Positions 20,033-28,896 of a stretch of 64,000 nucleotides of DNA are shown in pieces. Under the pieces are notes generated by a model, which did no database searches, was not told where the DNA came from, and saw nothing but the letters and a program-made list of their open reading frames with translations. The translations under genes and the position numbers were made by a program. This DNA is from a virus (lineage: Duplodnaviria; Caudoviricetes). The stretch is from the IMG/VR virus record IMGVR_UViG_2537561663_000008. One strand, given 5' to 3'. The number at the start of each line of letters is the position of its first letter. The stretch's first letter is position 1.

Positions 20033-21046
20033 TCAATATTTATTGTTTTTCGCTTTTAGCATTTGTTTTCTCATGGCAAGCAGTATTGCCTCGATACCGC
20101 GGATGCTTTCCTCGTTCTCTTTCAGTTTGTAATAGTAGGCGTTCGCTTCGTCGTAGTCTTCCCGTGCCTTGCGCAACCTGCATTCCTTGGCGTCACGGAC
20201 CTGTTCATAGGACAGGTCGTAACCGATGAACTCGTCCATGAAATAGGAAACCGTACGCCCGTAATAGTGGTCCGTGCGGGTTTCCACCGCAGTACGGATG
20301 ATGTCGTCACACCGCCTTCCGAGTGTCCGGAGTACGTCGCTGATATGCCGGTCATGGTACTCGTAACCGAAGAAACGGGTATACCACTCGTGTTCCTGCC
20401 GGTTTGTCTTCCCCGCGTAATACTCGTACCATTGGGCGTCGCACTTGGTGTGCCTCTGGGTAACCTTGAATATGGCATACTCTTCACCGATCCATGTAAA
20501 ACGTGAGAGTATCTCACTCGCTTCTTCCTCATAGTAGCTATCCCGCCAATTCAATTCTTCGGTCTGGCTGAGCGGGAGGAATGACTGTTTGGTGATCCAC
20601 TGCCCGAAACCTTTGTGCGTGACATGCGGAAGCACTTTCACGACCTTGCTCCATGCCTCGTTGCAGGCTTCATCCAGTGAAGGGAAACTTTCAGGAAAGC
20701 GTTCCCTGTCCGTTCCGTCTCGCAACACCTCGTTCCAATCTTTGTCGCAGACAATGAGGGTGAGGTCCTCCCTCACATGGCAGTCGCGTTCGCAATAGCC
20801 GTAGGGAGCATCGCAGAGCGTGTACCACTCCTTCGGTCCATAACCGTCGTCACGTCCCAGATAGCGTCTGGGCTTACCCTTCTCTGTCTGCACCTCCCAC
20901 ACTTCCGTGCAGTTTCCACGGTCGATATGGTGCAGGCGTACCCTGATTTCCTTGTTATCTCGTTTTTCTTCCATGTCGTTCATTTTTAGTATGGCCTGTC
21001 TTTTTCTTTTCGAGAATCCGGTAGATTTCTTCAAGGTCATGCTCAT
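20033..21046 (-). CDS. Hypothetical protein (start probably about 20974-20983)
   Basis: Long ORF with C-terminal coiled coil. Confidence 0.75.
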   Translation of the reverse strand: MSMTLKKSTGFSKRKRQAILKMNDMEEKRDNKEIRVRLHHIDRGNCTEVWEVQTEKGKPRRYLGRDDGYGPKEWYTLCDAPYGYCERDCHVREDLTLIVCDKDWNEVLRDGTDRERFPESFPSLDEACNEAWSKVVKVLPHVTHKGFGQWITKQSFLPLSQTEELNWRDSYYEEEASEILSRFTWIGEEYAIFKVTQRHTKCDAQWYEYYAGKTNRQEHEWYTRFFGYEYHDRHISDVLRTLGRRCDDIIRTAVETRTDHYYGRTVSYFMDEFIGYDLSYEQVRDAKECRLRKAREDYDEANAYYYKLKENEESIRGIEAILLAMRKQMLKAKNNKY

Positions 21047-21191
21047 TGTCTATCGGTTGCCCGTATTCCGTATCCACGATGACCACCCTAGCATTGGCCA
21101 GGTGACATCCTGCTATCGTCTTGTCATAGTCGCTCCATTCAGGATTGATTTCTGTTACCGTGTCAAATTCAAGTCCGTATGATGTCTTCAT
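20955..21191 (-). CDS. Small hypothetical protein
   Basis: 78 aa ORF. Confidence 0.6.
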   Translation of the reverse strand: MKTSYGLEFDTVTEINPEWSDYDKTIAGCHLANARVVIVDTEYGQPIDNEHDLEEIYRILEKKKTGHTKNERHGRKTR

Positions 21192-21224
21192 TGTATTTCC
21201 GGTTATTATGCGTATTTTTCTATT

Positions 21225-21809
21225 TTATGCTGCTGCTTTGTTCTGCCCGTCGATAATATGCCTGCATTCGGCTTCCAGTTCTTTCATACATTCCGTACCA
21301 TAGAATCCCCAACAACTGTCCAGTTCATTGTCATCGTCACTTTCCGGCATGATGCGATACCCGAAAACTTCCCCGGTATAGTAGTTGTCAAGGGTACTGA
21401 TTTCGTCTTGCAGGTATCCCTCGATCCGCTTCCTGCGTTTCGCGGTGATGTTCTTCCACCCGTATTCCCGGCGCACCTTGTCCAACGGTACCGCGATGAT
21501 TCCGAAAAATCCGGAATCCCACGGGCAGCTGAACGGCGAGGTGGATATTGTAATGCCGCCATGGTCGTAGAGGTAGACCGACAGGGCGATATATTCCTTC
21601 AGGAACGATTCCCGGAAATTTCCGATATGCCCTTCAAAAACCTTGTCTATATCGAAGTGGTCATCGAACTCCTTCTCCGGGCGGTAGCGACGATGTGCCG
21701 TATAAAGCGTACCGAGATTGTCATACGCTTCACGCGGGCTTCGGGCGTCATCATCATAGTAGATGTTGATGTGATACCCGTTATATTTGATTTGATTATA
21801 TAGGTTCAT
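21225..21809 (-). CDS. Hypothetical protein
   Basis: 194 aa; YLYDHGG...PWDSG...CWGFYG motifs typical of phage/MGE early proteins. Confidence 0.75.
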   Translation of the reverse strand: MNLYNQIKYNGYHINIYYDDDARSPREAYDNLGTLYTAHRRYRPEKEFDDHFDIDKVFEGHIGNFRESFLKEYIALSVYLYDHGGITISTSPFSCPWDSGFFGIIAVPLDKVRREYGWKNITAKRRKRIEGYLQDEISTLDNYYTGEVFGYRIMPESDDDNELDSCWGFYGTECMKELEAECRHIIDGQNKAAA

Positions 21810-21820
21810 TTGCCTGGGTA

Positions 21821-22546
21821 TTATGTCTTGTTACAAAGTCTTACAAATTGTTCCGTAATCTCGTCCCGCTCGAACTCGTCGCAGTTCAGGTCGAAGAATA
21901 TACCCGAAGCCGCGAGCATGTCATGGGCTTCCCCGTAGGTAAGGTCGCTCCTGTGCCTGTATCTGTCCACCATGTCCCGATGTTCGGCTTCCGCCCGGTC
22001 GTGCAGCCTCATTTTATACTGCCTGTACCATGCGGGGAACTGTTCCTTGGAAACCATATGTTCCAGCTGCAAGTCCCGGTATCTTCCCGGTGCCAGCAGG
22101 ATGTGGCTGTCAATGTAGGACTTCGCCTCGGCTATGATTCCCTCCCTGGTGAAGGGACGGTGGGAGCGTGCCGTGAAATGCACCCATCCACCATGCAACG
22201 GGTGTTCGATTTCAATCTGCACACCCTGCCTCCTGACATGTACCACGATATAGGCGGTCTGGCCGGGGAACATATCGTCCTTGAGGCTCACTTCCCGGCA
22301 GGCCGGCGGGTCAACATGGATGTAGTGGTCCTGCCTTGTGCCCTCGAGGAACCTTTCAAGCTGCCGCATCGACTGGCAGTAGATGAATGTCCCCACGCGG
22401 CACTGGCCTCGGCGGATGTCGCCGTAATAGTACTTTCTTGCCCTTGCTCCGGTAATGCGGGACTCGTCCGATGCCTCGAAATAGCTCCGGTAGGTATCGT
22501 CCGTACGGCAGAAATCATATATTTCCTGAAAAGTCCTTGTTTTCAT
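21821..22546 (-). CDS. Hypothetical protein
   Basis: 241 aa ORF. Confidence 0.75.
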   Translation of the reverse strand: MKTRTFQEIYDFCRTDDTYRSYFEASDESRITGARARKYYYGDIRRGQCRVGTFIYCQSMRQLERFLEGTRQDHYIHVDPPACREVSLKDDMFPGQTAYIVVHVRRQGVQIEIEHPLHGGWVHFTARSHRPFTREGIIAEAKSYIDSHILLAPGRYRDLQLEHMVSKEQFPAWYRQYKMRLHDRAEAEHRDMVDRYRHRSDLTYGEAHDMLAASGIFFDLNCDEFERDEITEQFVRLCNKT

Positions 22547-22559
22547 TTGTTACTCCTTT

Positions 22560-22847
22560 TTATGTATTGTCTTCTTCCGGCGGGGGAAATTCCCCCGTCC
22601 TGTAAAATATCTCTCCGAGACGGTCAGCCTGTTCCGCCAGACCTCTCTTCCGGACAGCCGACACGGCATCGCATGCGGCCTTTTCGTACATGCCCAGCAG
22701 TACCGCCTCGGGCAGGCGTTTCGTCCGCCACACCTCCTGTGCGGTGGCGAGCATCTCCACCTCGCAGCCCAGATGGGCGGCTGTGAGGATAATGACGGCA
22801 TTGCCGATAAAGTTCGGTATGCGTTCTTCCTGTTGTTCCCCTTTCAT
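22560..22847 (-). CDS. Hypothetical protein
   Basis: 95 aa ORF. Confidence 0.6.
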   Translation of the reverse strand: MKGEQQEERIPNFIGNAVIILTAAHLGCEVEMLATAQEVWRTKRLPEAVLLGMYEKAACDAVSAVRKRGLAEQADRLGEIFYRTGEFPPPEEDNT

Positions 22848-23013
22848 TGTTCCGTGCCTTTAATCCGTTTCGAACTCGTCTTCATAGACCTCGATCTCCT
22901 TCCCGCTCTCGCAGATGCGTACCAGCCAGGTGTATTGGAGCCGTTCCAACAGCTCTATACGGCGATAGCCCTTGTAGGGCACTTTCAGCGTTGCAATGTC
23001 TCCCGGTTTCATG

Positions 23014-23199
23014 TCAGGCGGGTATTTCAAACTGGACATGGAAATGGAATTCGCTTATCAGGCTGCAGATCTGCGGTACTGATTTAGGATCCTCCCCGTA
23101 AGGGTAGAAGATGGTCCGGCAACGTGTCAGGCATCGGATACCCTGTTTTCGTAACCGGTACAGCAGGTAGGCCCTGCGTCGTAGTTGTTTCTTGCTCAT
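23014..23199 (-). CDS. Small basic hypothetical protein
   Basis: 61 aa ORF. Confidence 0.55.
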   Translation of the reverse strand: MSKKQLRRRAYLLYRLRKQGIRCLTRCRTIFYPYGEDPKSVPQICSLISEFHFHVQFEIPA

Positions 23200-23251
23200 C
23201 GTATAAAGGATTATGTCGTTTTGATTAGAATAGCGGTGTGGTCGTCAAACA

Positions 23252-23401
23252 GGGGCATCTCTTTACGTTTTCGATGTAATGCCTCCATTGAAAGATGCTC
23301 ATCTTGTGTTAACAGGGATGAGCATCATTTCAATGGAGGGAGTACTAATTTATTCTGACCCGCCACACCGTGCCGCCTACCGGGCGGGTGGAGATGACGG
23401 C
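23252..23401 (-). ncRNA. Isolated sixth unit of the RT-associated hairpin repeat family
   Basis: Hairpin 23282-23339 (12+10 bp stem, loop CCTGTTAACACAA) followed by CATCGAAAACGTAAAGAGATGCCCC, a degenerate copy of the 25-nt array repeat. Confidence 0.7.
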
Positions 23402-24490
23402 CTATTTCTTACGCCATGCCGCCATCTTCTTTTTGATGTTGATATTGTTGTCCGCCAGCATTTTTTTCAGGACTGCCAGCAACCGCCAGCCTTCTCTGTT
23501 TTTATACTCTTCCGCCTTGGCTGACAGGAACGCCAGTGACTGGTACTTGTCCAGACGCCGACCCCGGTCATTGACAGCCGTGCAACCGTGGAAACGAATC
23601 AGGTTCTGCATGGTAAAGAACGCCCCGGCTCCCTTATAGGCATCCATCCATGCCTTGCTTTGAGGAGTGCCCCATGGCAGCCGGATACGACGGTCATTGA
23701 ACTGTCTGACCGCGTTGTAAAGCTGTGTGGCGTCCAACGCGTGCCTGATGTGGGTTATCGCGATGGAAAGCGGGTAGTACAGTTTGGATTGCAGGTCCTC
23801 CACGAAAATATTACGGCCGTGTATACGCTTGTAGGGAACTCCCTTGCATTTTCTTGTTTCCAGGTTGCCCACGTGTTTTTTCAGCGCGTTGACATAGTCG
23901 CTCGCGATGGCCAAAACCACATCACGGTTGAACCAGCGGTTTCTCTCGGCAAAACCCGTGATGTCCTTGTGTTCCATCTTCATCTGGGCGTGCAGCTCGT
24001 TCAAGAGCATTTTCCACTGGTAATCATAGCCTTTCCGGTGAATCATCTCGGTCACCCCTGCCGGCTCTTTTTCACGGTAATGCGTGTATGACATCATATG
24101 GAACATTTGTGCCATGACCCACCGGCGGAAGAGTCGGTTGTTGGGAACGGTACCCTGTGCCATGATGCTGCCGAATATCGGGTCGTTGTCATCCAGGATG
24201 GTAAGTTTCCCGTCTTTGTTGGAGGCGATATACTCGCCGCCCTCGGCTCCCTGCATGGCGAACAGGCAGCTCACGTCCACACCGGCACCGCGGAGTGCCT
24301 CGATACGCTCCCGCGCCCCTTTGGGAAGTCCGGCGGGAGAATTATGGCCGGCCACCGCCGGATAGACGGTACCCAAATCCGAATTCTTGCCGATAACGGT
24401 GCCCGTGGCGGCAAATTCCTTGTCCGCGATGGCGAATTCCGTGCCGCATCCGGGGCACAGGACTTTTGTTTCTTGTTTCTTTCTGCTCAT
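23402..24490 (-). CDS. Hypothetical protein (362 aa), candidate partner of the RT system
   Basis: N-terminal CPGCG; lies between array unit 5 and the isolated unit 6. Confidence 0.8.
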   Translation of the reverse strand: MSRKKQETKVLCPGCGTEFAIADKEFAATGTVIGKNSDLGTVYPAVAGHNSPAGLPKGARERIEALRGAGVDVSCLFAMQGAEGGEYIASNKDGKLTILDDNDPIFGSIMAQGTVPNNRLFRRWVMAQMFHMMSYTHYREKEPAGVTEMIHRKGYDYQWKMLLNELHAQMKMEHKDITGFAERNRWFNRDVVLAIASDYVNALKKHVGNLETRKCKGVPYKRIHGRNIFVEDLQSKLYYPLSIAITHIRHALDATQLYNAVRQFNDRRIRLPWGTPQSKAWMDAYKGAGAFFTMQNLIRFHGCTAVNDRGRRLDKYQSLAFLSAKAEEYKNREGWRLLAVLKKMLADNNINIKKKMAAWRKK

Positions 24491-24966
24491 TGTGAATTTG
24501 TTAATAGTTGATTACTTCCGGGTTCCACCCATTTTCTGAGTATCACCAGGTCCTTGTCTTTTTCGCTTTGCCAGAACCATTTGCCCATCGTTTCGGGATT
24601 CCATGTGAACCCGCCTATAATCCGGCAGAGGATATAGAATTCCAGCTCGAATTGCGCGGTATCCCGGTGTTGCCCGTACAGCATGTCCCCGTCCTCGAGG
24701 TCACTTTCGGGCAATGCCATGAAATACCGGCGGGACTTGCTCTGGCTGCGCTCCGATGGTATCGAATGTTTATAGCGGCGGTACAGCTCCTCCACATCCG
24801 TGAAAAAATCCCCGCAGCCGTACTCCGGCAACCACGGAGCGCCATCATGCCTGCCGTTCCGTATCATGTGTCTCCCGTTTACTTTTAAACTTCTGGACTG
24901 GAAATCAATCCGGAAATTTGCGCCGTTCTCTATGGCGGTGACGGTTTCTCGGTAAATATCTTCCAT
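24487..24966 (-). CDS. Hypothetical protein (159 aa), candidate partner of the RT system
   Basis: Starts 39 nt after the array; 4-nt overlap with the 362 aa gene. Confidence 0.8.
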   Translation of the reverse strand: MEDIYRETVTAIENGANFRIDFQSRSLKVNGRHMIRNGRHDGAPWLPEYGCGDFFTDVEELYRRYKHSIPSERSQSKSRRYFMALPESDLEDGDMLYGQHRDTAQFELEFYILCRIIGGFTWNPETMGKWFWQSEKDKDLVILRKWVEPGSNQLLTNSQ

Positions 24967-24987
24967 TTTCTCACCTGTTTACAATTA

Positions 24988-24999
24988 ATGGCACTCAAA
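24988..24999. repeat. 12-bp direct repeat ATGGCACTCAAA, copy at array end
   Basis: Exact match to 27097-27108. Confidence 0.7.
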
Positions 25000-25004
25000 C
25001 CCCT

Positions 25005-25835
25005 GGCGCGTATCTTTATAGTCCTGATAAATACAGTAGGACTTCGGTCCTGAACCAGGTAGTTGCCTGGCTCAGGACCAAGCTTGAATACTGTATCTTG
25101 AATTTGGGTCCCTCGTGCATATGCGGTCGCGCTACCTTCTGTTCAGGGGACTCATCCGGACGGCACATCCCTTTAAAAACCTGATACGGGCCGCGAGTAC
25201 AGCTGGAACCTGTGTCATCTGTCGTGTTAGCAGGAGATGACACAGGCTCCAGCCGTGTGAATTGCGGCTCTGTTGAAATCCCGGCCTTGCCCCCTTTGCC
25301 CTGTGCTGTTCTTTTTGCGGTTCCCGGAATGCCGGCACGTTCCTTTACAGGTCCGATGTCTGCTGTGGCGGAAGCCGGAATGGCGCCGTCGTATAACGTT
25401 AGGGATACGACGGCGCGAGACGGGCTTATCGGGGACAGCAGGCTGAATCCATTCCCCCGAACCGCACGTTCCCGTGCTGGAAAAGACTGAAAGTTCTCAT
25501 AATACCGGCACATGGCTTTATGCTTCCGATGTATCCCGCGTATGGGTCTTCTGCGGAGTCCGAAGGCGACGGTCAGCCGCCTTCAGACTCGGAAAGAAGA
25601 CGTTGGTACGCGGGATGCCCAAACCTATTCCTTGAACTTTCCCGGTGTGCTCCGGTAACGGGTGCGGGACAGACGGCACATGACTTTAATTTCCCGATAC
25701 ATTACAGGCGCAGCCAGAATCGAGATGGGATTAACCGGGTGTTAGACCGGTTAATCTCGATATGGATTCTGGTTATAAGCCTGTAACGTTGAATAGCCTG
25801 CCCGTCCACCCGTTCTGCCGTGTGCCCGGCGTAAC
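25005..25835 (-). ncRNA. Tandem array of five structured non-coding units downstream of the RT
   Basis: 25-nt repeats (plus strand GGCRCRTNNCTTTANNNNYCYGATR) at 25005, 25162, 25334, 25507 and 25675. Each is adjacent to a unique long hairpin (25030-25097, 25188-25270, 25360-25441, 25532-25617, 25700-25788) and a TTGAA/CTGAA motif. Confidence 0.85.
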
Positions 25836-27107
25836 TTATAGCGATGCCACCAGCGTGTTGTACACCGCCCGGCTGGTCAGAAGGGCGTTACGCATGCAGC
25901 CGACAGTCAGGTAACCCGGTATGTCCCGGTCTGTTTTATCGCGGTTGGCCTTCACGTTGCGTCCCCGTCCCCGGACGATGCAGCCATCCGGTTTGGTTCG
26001 GACATATCCCAGACCGCCGATCTTGCACCTGCCCGTCTGAACGGCTCTAAAGCAGTCCATCACGAACTTGTTCAGCTCGTTGAGGTCACTCTTCACATTA
26101 CAGACCGGCAATACCTGTATCGCCCAGCTGAACTCGCCCTTGTACAGGTAACGGTTCACGGCGTCCACGGCTTTTGCCAGTGTCGTGTCCCGGCAGCGGA
26201 TTGTCCGCCACTCGATCTCGTGCTGGAAGGTCTTGATGCGTGATGACGAGAGCGAGACCATGCCGCCCTTGATACTGAATCCTAAGAACTTGAACCAGAC
26301 ATCGGCTGCCAGGTATTCCACTTTCTTGGGATTTAGCTTCATGGATTTATCTTCCAGGCGTTTTTGGAGTGTGTCCATCGCTTTTTCATAATCCTTGCCG
26401 ATAAAAAGCATATCGTCGGAATACCGGACGTAGTAGCCGTTCATTTGTGACAGTTCCCTGTCTAGGTCGTAGAGCAGTACATCCGCCAGCCAGCTAGCCA
26501 CAGCACAACCCTGTTTCAAGGATTGATACTTGCTTTGCAACCGGTTATCTTCATCGAAATAGAGGTCCGAGTGGTAATATTTCCTAAGTACGTCTATCAG
26601 GGCAGACTGGCCGTGTTTGGCCTCCACCTTGTCGAACGCCTCGTCGATGAACCGTATCGGAACACTGTCGAAGTATTTGGAAAGGTCGGACTTCCAGCCC
26701 AGACAGCCGCTATTGCCGGTTTCTGTCATCCGGTGGCTGACTTCCGTAACTACCTTGCCGCACCCTATACCGGTCTGGTAGGACTTGCACGAAGAGTGCA
26801 GCATCTCAGGCATCAACTCGAAGAGCAGGTCGTTGGCGATACCCAGTACTACGCGGTCCATCGGCTCGTTTACGTACACTGTGCGGAACTCACCGTTGTC
26901 CTTGGGTATCTGCGCCGTGTGGGGAGGGGAAATCTCGTACTTTCCCCGTCGCATGGCATAGGCCATCGCCATACGGGTATGCTCGTCGGTCAGCCGAATA
27001 AGTTGGTCTTTCCTAATGTCTTTCAGCACGCCTTTCTCAATGGCCTTCGTCCACCGGCCTATGTCGAAGAACATTTGCAATATCTTGTCTTCATTCATGG
27101 CACTCAA
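25836..27107 (-). CDS. Reverse transcriptase (group II-like fold, unassigned class; ATG start probably 27098)
   Basis: IPKDNGEFR, KSDLSKYFDSV, LKQGCAVASWLA, YVRYSDD and FKFLGF match RT subdomains 1, 3, 4, 5 and 7. Confidence 0.95.
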   Translation of the reverse strand: MSAMNEDKILQMFFDIGRWTKAIEKGVLKDIRKDQLIRLTDEHTRMAMAYAMRRGKYEISPPHTAQIPKDNGEFRTVYVNEPMDRVVLGIANDLLFELMPEMLHSSCKSYQTGIGCGKVVTEVSHRMTETGNSGCLGWKSDLSKYFDSVPIRFIDEAFDKVEAKHGQSALIDVLRKYYHSDLYFDEDNRLQSKYQSLKQGCAVASWLADVLLYDLDRELSQMNGYYVRYSDDMLFIGKDYEKAMDTLQKRLEDKSMKLNPKKVEYLAADVWFKFLGFSIKGGMVSLSSSRIKTFQHEIEWRTIRCRDTTLAKAVDAVNRYLYKGEFSWAIQVLPVCNVKSDLNELNKFVMDCFRAVQTGRCKIGGLGYVRTKPDGCIVRGRGRNVKANRDKTDRDIPGYLTVGCMRNALLTSRAVYNTLVASL

Positions 27108-27759
27108 AACTTTTTTGGGAAAGGATAAAATTCAGTATGTCCATGCCGGATTCTACGTCACATTCCTGCTCGTACTCCTCGCCCGTGTAGTAACTGTAAC
27201 CCATGATGAAGATTTTCCCGTCTTTCCGGAGCGACGCGTTCGTGATGACCAGTTCCACGGGGTCACGGTCCACAACATGGAGATAGGTCGAGGATTGTTC
27301 ACCGTTGTCATCAAGGCTGCCGCCACACTCGGAAAGCAGCTCCACGGACAGGGCGTAACATTTTTCATTCAGGGCTTTCTCCGCCACGTGATGGTTGTTC
27401 ATCTCTTCCGTAAGTGTTCGGATGCGGTCACCGCGTCTCTGCTCGGGAACCGGTTCGAAAGCGGCTTCGAACATCCAGACAGGCATCCATTTATGGAAGA
27501 CGGCGGGTCCCAAGCGGCATATGTAAACTTCATCGTTCTCTTTCTCCGTTTCCGGGATATCCATTCCCGAGGCTCGTGCTGCCGCTACGCTCATGCGCTC
27601 GAAACCGCCGAGGCAGGAAGGTGCCGACTTCAAATGGTAGGGACGGATGTTTCCTACAGGGACACCCATTGACATAAGTAGCATCCCCTTAAAAGTGTCG
27701 GTAACGGGAGTGGTTTGCTGTTTGTTCATTCTTTTATTCATTTTCTGGTCTTTGTACAT
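27091..27759 (-). CDS. Hypothetical protein, translationally coupled to RT
   Basis: 222 aa; stop overlaps RT start (ATGAATGA). Confidence 0.7.
   Translation of the reverse strand: MYKDQKMNKRMNKQQTTPVTDTFKGMLLMSMGVPVGNIRPYHLKSAPSCLGGFERMSVAAARASGMDIPETEKENDEVYICRLGPAVFHKWMPVWMFEAAFEPVPEQRRGDRIRTLTEEMNNHHVAEKALNEKCYALSVELLSECGGSLDDNGEQSSTYLHVVDRDPVELVITNASLRKDGKIFIMGYSYYTGEEYEQECDVESGMDILNFILSQKSFECHE
27097..27108. repeat. 12-bp direct repeat ATGGCACTCAAA, copy at RT start
   Basis: Exact match to 24988-24999. Confidence 0.7.
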
Positions 27760-27772
27760 ACATTATGATTTC

Positions 27773-28420
27773 TCACGCATCCTCCGCAAGGGCCACAAGC
27801 CGCTCTTCCGGCAGCAGGAACTCCTCGTCCGTGAAGTAATAGCAGATTTTCCGGTCCACGGCCTCCGCCTCGTCCGATATGGGTGCGCCGTCTTTGCCGA
27901 CCAGCACGTCTTGCAGACCCGTTACAGAGACCAGGGTTTTGTATTCCCCGCCCGTTCCACGGAACAGCGTCAGTTCCCTGACGAAATATTCCCTGTCATT
28001 CCATGTGATAATCCCAAACATTTCCTCCACTTCCGGGAACAGCCGGCACAGGACCGGAAACAGTTTGCAGGCATCGCTCCGGAGCATCAGGAAGACACAT
28101 TCCATCAGGCATAGTCCGGCATTTTTGAGCATGGGCAGCAATACGTCCGTGCCTGCTCCGTTTGCCTCTGCCACTATCAGGGCTTTCCAGTATCCTTCCT
28201 GGAATGAGTCCGTCCAGGGGATGAGTTCGGCTGCCCTGACGGAATAGGAAACCGCGATTTCTTCCGGATTGTCCTCGTCCGTGGAAATCAGTCCTATTTT
28301 CGTGTCATCTTCGACAGGCTCCTTTACCGGCAGGCAGACTTTCATTTTCCGGAACGTGTCCGTGTCCTCGTCCGCCCAGTTGACAAAGCCGCCGAATCTT
28401 ATAAAATCATATCTGCTCAT
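27773..28420 (-). CDS. Hypothetical protein
   Basis: 215 aa ORF. Confidence 0.75.
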   Translation of the reverse strand: MSRYDFIRFGGFVNWADEDTDTFRKMKVCLPVKEPVEDDTKIGLISTDEDNPEEIAVSYSVRAAELIPWTDSFQEGYWKALIVAEANGAGTDVLLPMLKNAGLCLMECVFLMLRSDACKLFPVLCRLFPEVEEMFGIITWNDREYFVRELTLFRGTGGEYKTLVSVTGLQDVLVGKDGAPISDEAEAVDRKICYYFTDEEFLLPEERLVALAEDA

Positions 28421-28448
28421 TTGTCATTATTGTTTATTGTTATTTACC

Positions 28449-28694
28449 TTACAATTCTTCCAGTTCTCCATCGTTGATACTCCGGTAGAAACGGTCTCCG
28501 TCCGCCCACTTCTTGGCGGTGATAGCCAGCTCGAACGCTTCCTCTATGGAAAGGCCGTCGGCGGGAAGGGCATCAAGGAGTTCTCCCATGCATACGTCAT
28601 TCTCGCGATACTCTTTCTGCACCTTTCCGAGTGTCATTCTGCCCTTGTCCGTCTTTTTACGCCACAAAAGCATCTGTTGTATCCAATTTTTCAT
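28449..28694 (-). CDS. Small hypothetical protein
   Basis: 81 aa ORF. Confidence 0.65.
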   Translation of the reverse strand: MKNWIQQMLLWRKKTDKGRMTLGKVQKEYRENDVCMGELLDALPADGLSIEEAFELAITAKKWADGDRFYRSINDGELEEL

Positions 28695-28896
28695 GCGATT
28701 CTTTTATTAAAGGAAATCCTTGGCATAACTGCGGGCTTCATTGAAAGTATTGAAGCCGATTCCACTCATGCAAGAGATTGCCCAGTATCTTAATTTCCTG
28801 CTTTCGGCACGGGCAAGATAGATTTGCCCGATACAATTCCCGTCTTTGAGAATGTCATGCCGCTTGTCTTTTGTAATCCGTACCATGTTCCGACAT

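Noticed and set aside
25016-25513. 165-aa ORF across the array
   Set aside because: It covers only three of five units, unit lengths are not frame-preserving, the composition is atypical, and the hairpins and repeats explain the sequence better.
25030-25788. Restriction-site-like words (AAGCTT, CAGCTG, GGCGCC, CCWGG) in hairpin arms as proof of a decoy function
   Set aside because: Such short words are expected by chance; enrichment was not computed.
25005-25835. CRISPR array interpretation
   Set aside because: Repeats are degenerate, intervening segments are 130-150 nt and self-complementary, and there are no cas genes in the window.
25005-27107. DGR or group II intron interpretation
   Set aside because: No TR/VR pair, avd or DGR motif was found by eye; no GUGYG 5' end with domain V/VI; the RT is translationally coupled to the upstream gene.
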